From contig NW_027270981.1 of the NCBI RefSeq assembly GCF_040938485.1, positions 1,054,001-1,118,000 on the forward strand: 64,000 bases of DNA, given 5' to 3'. Below are positions 31,294 through 42,021 of the stretch, piece by piece. The position numbers were made by a program, and so were the translations under genes. The stretch's first letter is position 1. Each line of letters opens with the position of its first letter. This DNA is from Diadema antillarum. Its lineage: Eukaryota. The notes under the pieces were generated by a model. That model worked only from the letters and a program-made list of their open reading frames with translations, ran no database searches and was not told the origin of the DNA.

Positions 31294-34071
31294 TTAGCAT
31301 GATTCAATTGGTATGTAATTGAATTCCTCTCGTACAAGCCTGTGCCGAAATTGCTCCCAGAACAAATCTTGCCTGTCTGTATTCTTAGCCCACATCAGGG
31401 TAGCTCTGTTGGCATTCAGGAGAAGTCGTACCAGATAGGGGAGTTGATCGTCGGAGATTTCCTCAAGGAAAATCAGTGTGACTCTATCCAATCTGGTCTC
31501 GTTAAGGTGTTCCAGAGCCATACGCACCTTGGACATGAACCATGTGTCTGCCACCGATTGGTTACTTAGCACGAGAAGGGTCTTGTAGCTGATTTCCATG
31601 GCATTGTATAGGGCGTCCACGTAGTGCATGCCAGCATTCAGATAGTTGTCAGCCCACAGAATGTTTGTGAAGTATGGAAACCTCTCTTCCATAGCAGGCT
31701 TCATGGTGCCATTGATCCATTCCGCATCAGCATCGTTGAACATGACATTGAGCTGGTATTGGTAGTTGTCGGCATTGTGCTCCTCAAGGTCCTCATATCC
31801 GCGAATGGCCATTTTCATGAGGCAGACCTTGTTCCTCAGCCACCATCGCTTGCGATAAACAAGCACACAGAGGAGTGACAGTGCTATGAGTACCAGAGAT
31901 GTCACAATTGTCACGACAGGACTCACAATGCAAAGCTCCTCAGGATGAAACTGCAGAAGGGGTTTGTTGGCAGTACCCATCGTGGATGTCCTTTCACAAA
32001 CAGTCTTGTTAGCATGTATAAGTGCAATGTTATTTGTGTCCAGCAGAGTTCTGAACCATGTCAACTCACAGGAGCAGATAATTGGATTTTTGGACAAATC
32101 AATTTCCACATTTCTGGGGAATACTGTGCCTGGAAGCACAGTACTCACATGATTCTGTGACATAAATATTTTTGAAAGATTAGGTGTGCTGTTGAACAGT
32201 GTGACTGGAATAGACTGTATGAAATTGCTTTGAACAAAAAGAGAATGAAGTTGTTGCAGGCCACAAAGTGTTTGTGTGTTCAATTCTATGAGTTGGTTGC
32301 CATGCAGACGTAAACTTGATAGAAGAGTCAGGCTGTTGAACAGTTTTGCTCTGACAACTGTAATTTTAGAATTAGAAATATCCAATACCTTGAGTTTAGT
32401 CAGTGGATCAAATGTACCAGGTTTCAATTTGTTTAAGAAGTTGTTGCCTTGCAAGAAGAGTCGTTCCAAAGATTTCAGGCCCAAGAACAAGGAAGATCGT
32501 TTGGAAATGTCAAACAGATGCATACTTTGCAGGTTGGTGAAGCTCATGTCAAGCATTATGAGGGATGCAGTACCACGAAATTGATCTGTTGAATTCATAG
32601 TCAGAGGTGAATGGGATAGATTCAGTTTTTGCAGTTTGTCCAAGGTGCAAAAGTCTTCATGTAGATGCAGATTTTTCTCATATGAAAGAATCAGTTCTTT
32701 CATCTTCCGTGTGCTGGCAAAAGCTGAATTAATGTCAGATTCAATATCATTGTTAGACATGTTAAGATACTGCAAATGAGAAAGTTTCCTGAATAGATTT
32801 TTTGTTAGTCTTGTCATTTTGTTGCAGCAAAGGTCAAGATTGACAAGGGATGGCATAAAAGTGAACTTGTCTAGACTGTTTTCTAATGAGTTGTAAGACA
32901 GGTTCAGATGGAGTAATGAACTCAATCCCTTAAAAGAAGTAGAATGTAGTCTCATTATCTTGTTGTAAGATAGCAGCAGTTCAAGGAGATGTTTATTGCA
33001 GTGAAAGGCAAAATCTGGCAGAAATATGATTTGATTATGTGATAGGTCAAGAACCTGCAAATCATCTAGTGAACAGAAAGATGTATTTTGGATACTGAAA
33101 ACTTTATTTTCCCTTATAATGAGAGTTTGCGTCCAATTCAGTCCCAAAAATGCAAACTCAGGAATTTTCTGAATAAAATTGTCTGTCAAATCTATGATCT
33201 CGATGTTTGGAAAACTGAAATTGTATGCTGATGAATTAACAGGGATTATTTCCTTAATTGAAGAGTTTTGTAGAGATAACTCAGTGATATATGCTTTGCC
33301 CATGAATGCCAGGACCTCAAGCTTTGTAATGTTAATCCCATGGAGCAAAATGCTGCTGACAAAAGGAAGTCCAGAGAATACCATAGGTCCTAGAAGGTGA
33401 AGCCGCTTGTTTCTGCTCAGGACTAAAGATGACAATAAACAATTCTTCAGAGGTAGAAAGTCATGCTGTTGGATAGATGACAGATTGTTTTGCGACAAAT
33501 CGATGGATATATTGTCCCATCTAGATAAAGGATCAAAATGGAGAGACTGTATCCTGTTCGCTGAAAGAGTAAGTTGTGTCAGCTTTGGTGACCCTGCAAA
33601 GGCTGCACTGGGCGTTGAAGTCAAATTCGTCTTTGTGAGAGGAAGAGTTTCAAGATTGATTTTTGCATGAAACCATCCACCTTGAAATTCAGTTAACCTG
33701 TTGTATGATAAATTCAGTACTTGAAGATGTTCAAGAGAGGAGAATGTGCCATTTTCAATTTGGATGAGCCGGTTATATGCCACATTTAGCCTTAGAAGAT
33801 TTCCATGACCATGAAAGGAATTATGGAAAAGTTCTGATATCCAGTTGTGTGATAGATTCAAAATGACAGTGTCATTTGGAAGGTCCCCAGGAACTGTTGT
33901 CAAGTTTCGTCTTGTGCAATCAGCACAAATACCTTCTCCACTGTTACTGAGACAACAGTGATCTTCGCTGAGCACATGTTGCTTTCTTGTTCCGATCAGT
34001 TCTGATGAAAATATGCCTCCTATCCATAGAAATGTGAAGAGGTAGAGTGCAGCGCAAACTAGGGTATGCAT
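31294..34071 (-). CDS. Toll-like receptor TLR-D (single-exon LRR-TM-TIR), B/C mosaic ectodomain
   Basis: 925-aa ORF with the same architecture; alternating tracts are near-identical to TLR-B or TLR-C. Confidence 0.96.
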   Translation of the reverse strand: MHTLVCAALYLFTFLWIGGIFSSELIGTRKQHVLSEDHCCLSNSGEGICADCTRRNLTTVPGDLPNDTVILNLSHNWISELFHNSFHGHGNLLRLNVAYNRLIQIENGTFSSLEHLQVLNLSYNRLTEFQGGWFHAKINLETLPLTKTNLTSTPSAAFAGSPKLTQLTLSANRIQSLHFDPLSRWDNISIDLSQNNLSSIQQHDFLPLKNCLLSSLVLSRNKRLHLLGPMVFSGLPFVSSILLHGINITKLEVLAFMGKAYITELSLQNSSIKEIIPVNSSAYNFSFPNIEIIDLTDNFIQKIPEFAFLGLNWTQTLIIRENKVFSIQNTSFCSLDDLQVLDLSHNQIIFLPDFAFHCNKHLLELLLSYNKIMRLHSTSFKGLSSLLHLNLSYNSLENSLDKFTFMPSLVNLDLCCNKMTRLTKNLFRKLSHLQYLNMSNNDIESDINSAFASTRKMKELILSYEKNLHLHEDFCTLDKLQKLNLSHSPLTMNSTDQFRGTASLIMLDMSFTNLQSMHLFDISKRSSLFLGLKSLERLFLQGNNFLNKLKPGTFDPLTKLKVLDISNSKITVVRAKLFNSLTLLSSLRLHGNQLIELNTQTLCGLQQLHSLFVQSNFIQSIPVTLFNSTPNLSKIFMSQNHVSTVLPGTVFPRNVEIDLSKNPIICSCELTWFRTLLDTNNIALIHANKTVCERTSTMGTANKPLLQFHPEELCIVSPVVTIVTSLVLIALSLLCVLVYRKRWWLRNKVCLMKMAIRGYEDLEEHNADNYQYQLNVMFNDADAEWINGTMKPAMEERFPYFTNILWADNYLNAGMHYVDALYNAMEISYKTLLVLSNQSVADTWFMSKVRMALEHLNETRLDRVTLIFLEEISDDQLPYLVRLLLNANRATLMWAKNTDRQDLFWEQFRHRLVREEFNYIPIESC

Positions 34072-35236
34072 TGTGGGCTCCTATTCAGTCATCAACGCAT
34101 AAAGGATCACTTCAAAGCTTGGCAAGTGTCAGTACTCCCGGAATGAACGGTGAAACACTTTATCTTTACAAAGATGGAACTGGTCATTGAAGGGAGTTAC
34201 TACCCAAAGTGGTGACAAACACTAAAAAGATGCACTTGGAAGAATATATGTGAGAAAGTAAATTGTCTTCCTCTTCTGTGATTTACCAGGATAGTTGGTG
34301 CACCAATTTTGCTGATCTCGGCAAGCATGATTTTGATCTTGAATTAGTGCATCTCAGGGTAACCGATGAGTCCTTCTTTATCTAAAGAGTTGATGTAGCA
34401 AGTAGAGAAATCCTTTGCACACAGTATGTGAAAAGAGTCAAACAACTTCTCTCTTGTGGTGGCTGTAGCGACTGCAATGACTTGCTGTGGCATGCTCCCC
34501 GTGTGCCTGTCTGCTTTTAAAACAGAAACATCATTGAGTGGAGAAATAGGGGCAGACTGTTTCCTTTGTTTAATAACTTGCATGTGATCTGATCACTTTA
34601 TGAGAACTTGTGTACGTGTGTACGTGCACTTTAATTGCTTCACTGGTAGTTTTGTTACAGTGTGATCATTATAGGCTTCCTCTCCACAGTATAGGCATAC
34701 ATTGTGAACATGTTACTGACAATAGGAATGATTGTTTCTGAGATGTAATGAGTGCAGAGTTGCCAAACAATACGATTTCGTAGTATTTAGTATGATAAAC
34801 AGAGTGAAATTTGATAGTACAATAATTGCCTCTTGAAAGTAGGACTTTTCATCATTAAAAAAAAAAAATGAAGCCAATATAAACTGCATAAAATTGCAGA
34901 AAACCGTTTCTTCACATAGAAAGATGAACTACTGAATTCCTGCAACCCCTACAAAAATGTTAAATGACGAACGTAAATGGGCAGGAAATATGCAGATGCT
35001 TTACAATTTGCTCATCAAGTGATGGGCTAGTGGTAGTGTCAAGATTTCATGAAAATCTGATTTTCGTATCAAAAATTTGATTATTTTTTAGGATATCCCA
35101 TCTGTTTTTGTTTTTGTTTTAATGGCAAGAAGTTAGCATATCTGTGAGTGGTATACATGCCTTTTGTAGGCTCGATACCATCCATCAATGTGTCCATCAA
35201 TCCATCATGTGTGTGTCTTGTTGTTGTTGTTTTTTT

Positions 35237-35262
35237 GAGAGAGAGAGAGAAAGAAAGAGAGA
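35237..35262. repeat. (GA)n microsatellite ~1.2 kb upstream of TLR-D
   Basis: Paralogous position to 17243. Confidence 0.9.
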
Positions 35263-35746
35263 TCTGAACATTGGTTGATGCATTTTAATTGTAAGATTTA
35301 TTGGTTCTGTAGGAGGATGTTTTAAAAGATATATTATGCCCGCATATCTTGTTTCATCAGTACAGAGCAATAATGTTGTGCCATCTTCTGATTGGTTTCA
35401 CTTTTGTAAGTGTATGATTGCAACACAATTACCACGTGAAAGAAGGCTATGCCACCGCTGTTGTCTAGTGGTATTGCTTGTTCCACACTCTTTGATGACT
35501 AAGAAACTGTTTCCTCTCAGTGAGAGCTAGAAATAATCAGGAACTTTGTGTGCTCACAGGTAATAGAATAATGTGATATATGAGGATATGTTAGTTTTTT
35601 ATTTCCTCTTCAAAATGACTGTATTCCTTTATTCATTAATTTTTAAATAATAACAGCAATGATATGAAACGATTGTGTAGTGCTTTTTGTATACATTTGT
35701 TTGTCTGTTTGTTTGTTTTTTTGGGGGGGAGGGGGTATTTTGCATA

Positions 35747-35946
35747 CTGTACAAGTGGATATTTTCGCGCGACTAATTTTTCACGATCGGTGGGGTAAGA
35801 AGAGTTTCGCGTGTTTTTAATTCCGCGGAATCAAGACATCAACTACTGGAACATATGGCGAGCAAAAATATTCGCGTGTTTTTATTTTTGTGCTAGTTTC
35901 GGGTTGCGCGAAAATTTCAACACCGCGAAAATTTCCACTTTTACAG
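35747..35946. mobile_element. Tc1/mariner (Tigger-like) MITE, TA TSD
   Basis: TA|ctgtacaagtggatattttcgcg ... cgcgaaaatttccacttttacag|TA; paralogs at ~17738 and ~26681 are empty (gcaTAttgtt). Confidence 0.88.
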
Positions 35947-36111
35947 TATTGTTAACTGAATCCCTATAGGAAACAGAAAATAAAGTTTTTTCAATATACC
36001 CATATCAAGGATCTACACAAACTTTTTCTTTTGGTAGCCGACAATGAATTTAATGGCTGAGGCCACAGCTAATGTTCAGCCTTGCCTATATACAATGTAC
36101 GTATGTGTGTA

Positions 36112-36557
36112 CAGTATGTCCAAAAAAAAATTACAATCAGATTTTCGAATTGATAACACCCAATGTGATTGACCTGTCTAAATGCTACTTCAGGGTCATA
36201 AAATATAACATCTTAGCTCTATTTTGCAGAAAACCCCATTCAATTTGGTTAAGCGGTCACAGAGAGATGTAGTTACTTGTAAAGCATGTCATGAGTCTGA
36301 TTCTTCCAATTTTAGCACTTAGATGCTCGTGTGTGTGAATACAATAGACAGAACTTGGAAGGAAGAGATTCCTGACATCCTCTACAAAATTCCTCATTTC
36401 TCTTTGACCACTGAAGCAAATCGAATGGGGTTTTCTGTAAGATGTGGGCAATAAGTTGTAGTTTTATATCCTGAAATTATATTTAGATTGATTCACTATT
36501 TTTAAAGATATCATTGCGGAGGGTCCCGTTGTAATTTTTTTTTGGGGGGACATACTG
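36112..36557. mobile_element. Tc1/mariner-like MITE, TA TSD, 446 bp
   Basis: TA|cagtatgtccaaaaaaaaattacaa ... ttgtaatttttttttgggggacatactg|TA, plus internal inverted repeats; absent from the other units. Confidence 0.82.
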
Positions 36558-37877
36558 TATTAAAATACAGATACAACCAGAGAGATAGTATGAGTATCAT
36601 ATAGTTTATTGTGAGTCATAGTAAGTGATCGTTGAGAACTTTGCTGTCTCAAGCACCTGTCATATTTTTAGACCAGTGATGGGATATGTCTGCCTAGATG
36701 TAAGTCATCTGATGGCTATAGTCTTCATGCTGCTATATGACAATTGTATCTCTTCCTTAGTGCCTGAAATTTGAGCACAACTGTCATATAAAGGCAAACA
36801 ATATAAGTTAGGAGTAGAGGTATCAGTAATCAGTTTAATCTACAAAAGGCCCTTGAGACTTCGTAATCTGTGTGGCGACAATAAAATGCCTCCTCAAAAG
36901 GGCAGACCCACATGGAATTACACCGCTGATAATCCTGAAAGGCTTTCATTAGACAGAGAACCTATCCCCTACCGTTATTAAAGGATTGTGCATTTTAATC
37001 TACTCGAGCGCACCTGATATTTGCCTCACAGTGAGTTGTACTGAAGTGTCACTTTTGCAAAATACCCTTGCGAAGTCAGTGACAGAGTAGGCACATGTAC
37101 AGTTGTACTTCTGAGTTTTGTGCCACACACTTTGCTTTATGTAACATCTTGGAAGAGTGCTAGGGCAAGCACCAATTTGTGTGTAGTGAGAAGGGGAAGA
37201 TTCTTCGTTAGTAAGGTAAGAATGCTCCATAGGTATTGACATTCCATCCACACAGAATGTCCTAAACTGTAGCATCCGAGTGTGTTGTTTGAAGTCAGCC
37301 GTTATTACCAGGGTTTGTAATATGGCTTAGCCAAGATACAAAGAAGGGTCATGTAAACTAAAGACATGTAACTTGCCATCTATAATTCATATGTGTGTGT
37401 ATAATGTGTTTGTGTATATGTGTGTACAAATGTGTTTTTCTTTCTATTATCACACAATAAACCATTCTTCATCACTTGATCCAAAAAAGAGAAACTACCT
37501 AAATGTAACTCCCAATTATAAAGGTTGTAGACTTTCTCTATGATAAAGTCTTAGCTTTAGTTCCTTGTACATTGTACTTAGATGCAGTATTACAAACTTG
37601 TATTGAAACTAAGAAATATTCTTAATTAATTTCAAAAATATTCCTCTTCTTCATATGAATTCAAGCAAGCAAAAAACTCTTGTACTTTTTAAAACATGTA
37701 CAACCCTTTTGCTCCTATATTCCTTAAGATTGTTTTTGTTTTTTACTGATTTCAATTGTATATTTCCCTTGTTTTCTGAAATGAAATGCGTCAACAATTT
37801 CTTATTTCTCATCATTAGAGACAGTATGGGGATTAAAAGTGTTTTCTTTTTTGTTGTTGTTGAATTGCTCTCGACAG

Positions 37878-37983
37878 CAAGCCGACTGGTATGCTGAGAG
37901 GACACAACGCTCCAATCTTCTCCCTCTTCATAGCACCAAACGAGAACAGGATCTACAGTATCTCACAGGACAAAACTGTCAAG
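37878..37983 (+). CDS. WD40 gene exon a (xKPTGMLRGHNAPIFSLFIAPNENRIYSISQDKTVK)
   Basis: acag acceptor, AAG/gtaaag donor; starts in phase 2 and has no start codon. Confidence 0.9.
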
Positions 37984-40900
37984 GTAAAGCTTCGCATTTC
38001 ATTATAACACTTTTATTGCTCAATATCAAAGTCATTGTTCTCACATCAATTTCATTGTCTACATTAAGACTATACTGTATAACATTGTTTCAGAATTGAT
38101 ATTGCTGTAAACCCTGAAAGCTTTGTCAGGCAGCAGGTGAGTACAGTGAGGTCAACCAAAAAGTGAAAACTATGAAGGCACTACACTTTATAGTCGGAAC
38201 TGTTGCTGTGATGTTAAAGGAAGAAAAAAAAAATGTCTGTGTTCTGTATGAAAGATATTGGTCAAAATTGATTGCTATGCTTGTCGAGGCCACTCACAGA
38301 CAAAGAACTGTCCATTGAAGATTCTTTCATAGTGAGGATACCACAAAACTCAGTAAGATTTTCCACATATGAAAAGTTCAAAACTAATCAAGGAAAGGAC
38401 CATAGAATAAATGTTCTCTTTATGAGTTACTTGCATAGTTTTGTTGTGGATTATTTACTGAAAAGACACTGTGTTTTAACCCATTTATTCCAGGCTGTAC
38501 AATGAGTTCATTAAAACATGTTTTGAACACAAATGCAGGAACATATCTATTTTTCTTGCTGACAGTGCAGCATAGTTTAGAGGCCAAACTTGTATTGATC
38601 CAGTTATATTTGTAACTCATTTTATGATTTGTCTGCTGTGGCCCGAGGCGTGAAAACGTGATCAATAGTCGTGAAAGGGGAGCGAAGGAAGGAAAGAAAG
38701 AAAGAGCTTTGGCCTGACAAAGGCATGTCAATAGGCTCATTGTACCCGTATAGGCAATGTTCATCCCATGTTATCCACCATGCATTAAGAACTTGGTAAC
38801 GCTATTTTGAGCAGTGTTCAAGACAAGATAGTATGGCAAAAGCTCAAGCACAGATGTAGCAGGTACATTGTAGATTTACTGCGCTCTCTCTTTATGGTCT
38901 CTGCAAAAAAACTCTGTAGCTTCCTTCAAACCAACCAGTCCCATAACATCGATGTTCAGGAATGATGACAATACCATGAATTCTGCTACTCTGAAGCTGA
39001 AGAAAGATTTTTAAGCTGGCCCATAGCCAGAATATTTTGATGACAAAGCAACTTTTGGTTTATGTTGTAAAGTTTGTGTGTTCCATCAAAAGGTGTGATA
39101 GTACTACAACTTACCATTAGTCCAAAGCTCTCACCATCTTGTCTAGTTACTTATGTTGTGAATAGTCTCCTAGTGTATGAATTTCCCAGTTGTGTATGAC
39201 TTTATATTTTGCAGTATTTTTGTATTTCCTTTAATACTTCTTGTAAATTTGTTTAAACATATCTGACCAAGAGCATGGTGAAGAGCTCTCCTAATCTGCT
39301 TTGCAGATATCCCTTGTTGCCTTTTCTCTCTTTCTTTCTTTTATCCTTTGTTGCCTCATTCAATGACTTTCTTCCACGTGACAGTATACATGATACAAGA
39401 ACTGTTGTATCATCATTCCAGTTTGAGTCAAACCTTGATATCCTTCTTGTTTCCTGCTCATCTAGGGACGACCCCGTGCTATACCTCTTTACCTCTCTGT
39501 ATCCAACATGCCCTTTCAGATGAAAATGATCTTTTATTCGACATAATGGATCAGCATCTAAATCCGAAAATTGCTCTCTGGAAGTCAATTCATGGATGGG
39601 ACTCCTCCTCTCCGTCATTGTTCCTGGTGCTGATACGTCCTTCTGCATTGGATATATATTAAGTTGTGACCTCTGGAGGCTCTTTTATCATGTCGGTCAC
39701 AATTATCTTTTAAGAGTTCGATTCTCTTCTCCCTGCCTCTGATAACAATCGATGTTGTGCTCGCAAAATAGTAGGTCATCATTAGCTAAATGATGGCTTG
39801 CATGTTTAATGCATTAGCATTGTTCCTCTTGTTGTCAGAATAACATTCTCCCAGTGAAGACTTTGATGTAAAAGTTCTTTGGATCGTTTATTTCAAAGCT
39901 TTGATCACCCGCCACAAGAAATTGCATCGTAGACACTATGACTGCAGATTTTTTTTTCTGCGATGGTGTAAAACAATGATGCCGGACAGTTTGAGGCAAA
40001 ATGCATTCAAATTTCTGGAGGCAAGCGACACTAATTGTTAGAACTCACCGCATGACTGTCTCCTTATGAACAGCAGCACGGTGTGTGATAACTGAGGGGT
40101 AGAAAACGATTCTGCCCCCTTCAGCTGAATTTTCATGAATACACGATTCATTGTCATGCATGTGTCGCCCTCTGCGTTGAACACTTGTCATTACGGTGCC
40201 GTATTCAAGAGGACTCATGGGCAGTGTCACTTTGGATTGGGATTACTATACATCTTGTTATATTACCAGCAGACAAGTTTGTCAGTGTGTGCTTGTTACG
40301 TACATGACAAAATTGTTTTTGCGAGTCAGTTGAGAAAGAAGTTTACCATTTACTGTTTGAATTTAGGGAGGACTAGTCTTGACTGCATTGCTCCAAGTTA
40401 TGAAAAAGATGCAGTGGATTTTAAAACAAAGTGTCAATATACAGAAGCATTCTTTAACGTACACTTGTGTAATATTCACTAACAGAGACCTCTGACTTTA
40501 AGTGAGACTAGATCCCCACACTTTATGAATTGGATGGACTCTTGTTCCTAGCCACAAAGTAGCTGTCACAAACTCAGATCTCATAAACATGTATTCAGAC
40601 ATCCTTATTTAGTGATTTGAAAGAGACTTAGGGGTAAATGCAACAAAACAAGAAGGACTCAAGAAGAAGTATTGATTGATTCAACCAAAATTGGCTCATC
40701 ACCTACCCAGACATATATTTTCGGTACAAAAGGGCTCCAGAAGTGACAACAGGCAATGGGGTAACTCCCTGATTGAACAAGAAGGGAGAAAATTGGCTGC
40801 AATATATTTCTTTTTGTCCTTTCCTGCATTGATCAGGTCACTTCACATTGTGATGTGCTGCTTTGTCTGCTGGAAGATGTGACGTCAATTCTCAAGTGTC

Positions 40901-41988
40901 ACCTTATATCTCCTTGTGGTTGGGATGGAAGGCTTTCAGCTCCTTGGCTAGGTGTCACTTTATAACTTTCCAGGTGTTTGCTCCTCAAGGAATGTGATTG
41001 TGTAACGTATGTATGCACTTCCCCCTAGGGAATAGGGTATCGATTGTGAATCTACTTCCACATTTGGGGAGCAGGCGGGGACAACGGAGCCCTAGTGACT
41101 CCTGGGCCAAACATTTGAGTGCACCGGTATATAATTTTGCAGTTACCTGTGTGTAGCCGCAGGAGGCAGATGGTGTTATCTGTAAGTTTTGAGGACAATT
41201 TCATCATCCTTTGATTTTGTACTGGATATCCCAGTTGTGATCTCTCTCTCTCTCTCTCTTTCTGTTTTCTTTTTCTTCTGAAACACTTTTTTTTTGGTAT
41301 GTGTTTATTTTGAGTATTACACTAAAAAGTGTCACTTGATATGATTTGACGTGTGAATAGCAGCTTTAGGTAGGGGTGCATTGTATAAAAACTTCACACT
41401 GATTACACATTTTCAAGCCATTTTTTTTTTTTTTTGTATTTAACCATTGGTATCACACATGCTTTCTGATTTGCAGGCATTGTTTTATATTTGTATGTTT
41501 GTGTATTATGCATTCAGATATTGTCAAGGCTGTGTTACCATATGTCTCAACTTCAGGGCATTTTCAGTTATAAGTCATTTTTTCTCTTTCTTTATCACTA
41601 GCTGCCTGTTCTGATACTTACTAGTACGTGGTATTGATGCATTCCAGATGAATGATTTTGACCAGATATTTTAACACTGATTGTAACCTTTGCCGTACTA
41701 TTAATTGTTCTTAAATTATCCCAAAATGCAGTAAGTATCTACATTACACATACAAAAAAATCCATGTATTCATAGTGTGCCATAATCTGTCTGTATCCTA
41801 TTTACCTGTTATCTGTCTTTCCACCTCTCTCTTCTTTGTCTGTCCAGCCATATATCTATTTATCTTTTTATCTACATCTGCAAGTATCTATATATATCTA
41901 TGTATCTATGTATCTATCTGTCTATCTATCCTTCCTTCCATCCATCCATCTGTACATTCACCTATCTATCTATATGTTTCTATCTATC

Positions 41989-42021
<33 letters not shown>

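Larger units (their letters stand above)
10490..36770. repeat. Three tandem ~8-9.4 kb duplication units (flank B + flank C + TLR CDS + upstream flank D); boundaries ~10490/18240/27640/36770
   Basis: TLR stop-to-stop periods of 8938 and 9084 nt; non-coding flanks alignable over their full length; homology ends near tgcctgaaat at ~36770. Confidence 0.92.

Noticed and set aside
13320-33670. Recurrent short ORFs overlapping the TLRs (e.g. MSKLLPEQILPVCILSPHQG.., MKLQEGFVG.., MFLLRPKDDNK..) appearing in two or three copies
   Set aside because: Antisense or alternate-frame shadows of the duplicated TLR CDS; recurrence is explained by the duplication.
37000-37300. Minus ORF faintly like a LINE RT C-terminus (..TLPRCYIKQSVW..)
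   Set aside because: Similarity too weak to call by eye; no poly-A tail or TSD identified.
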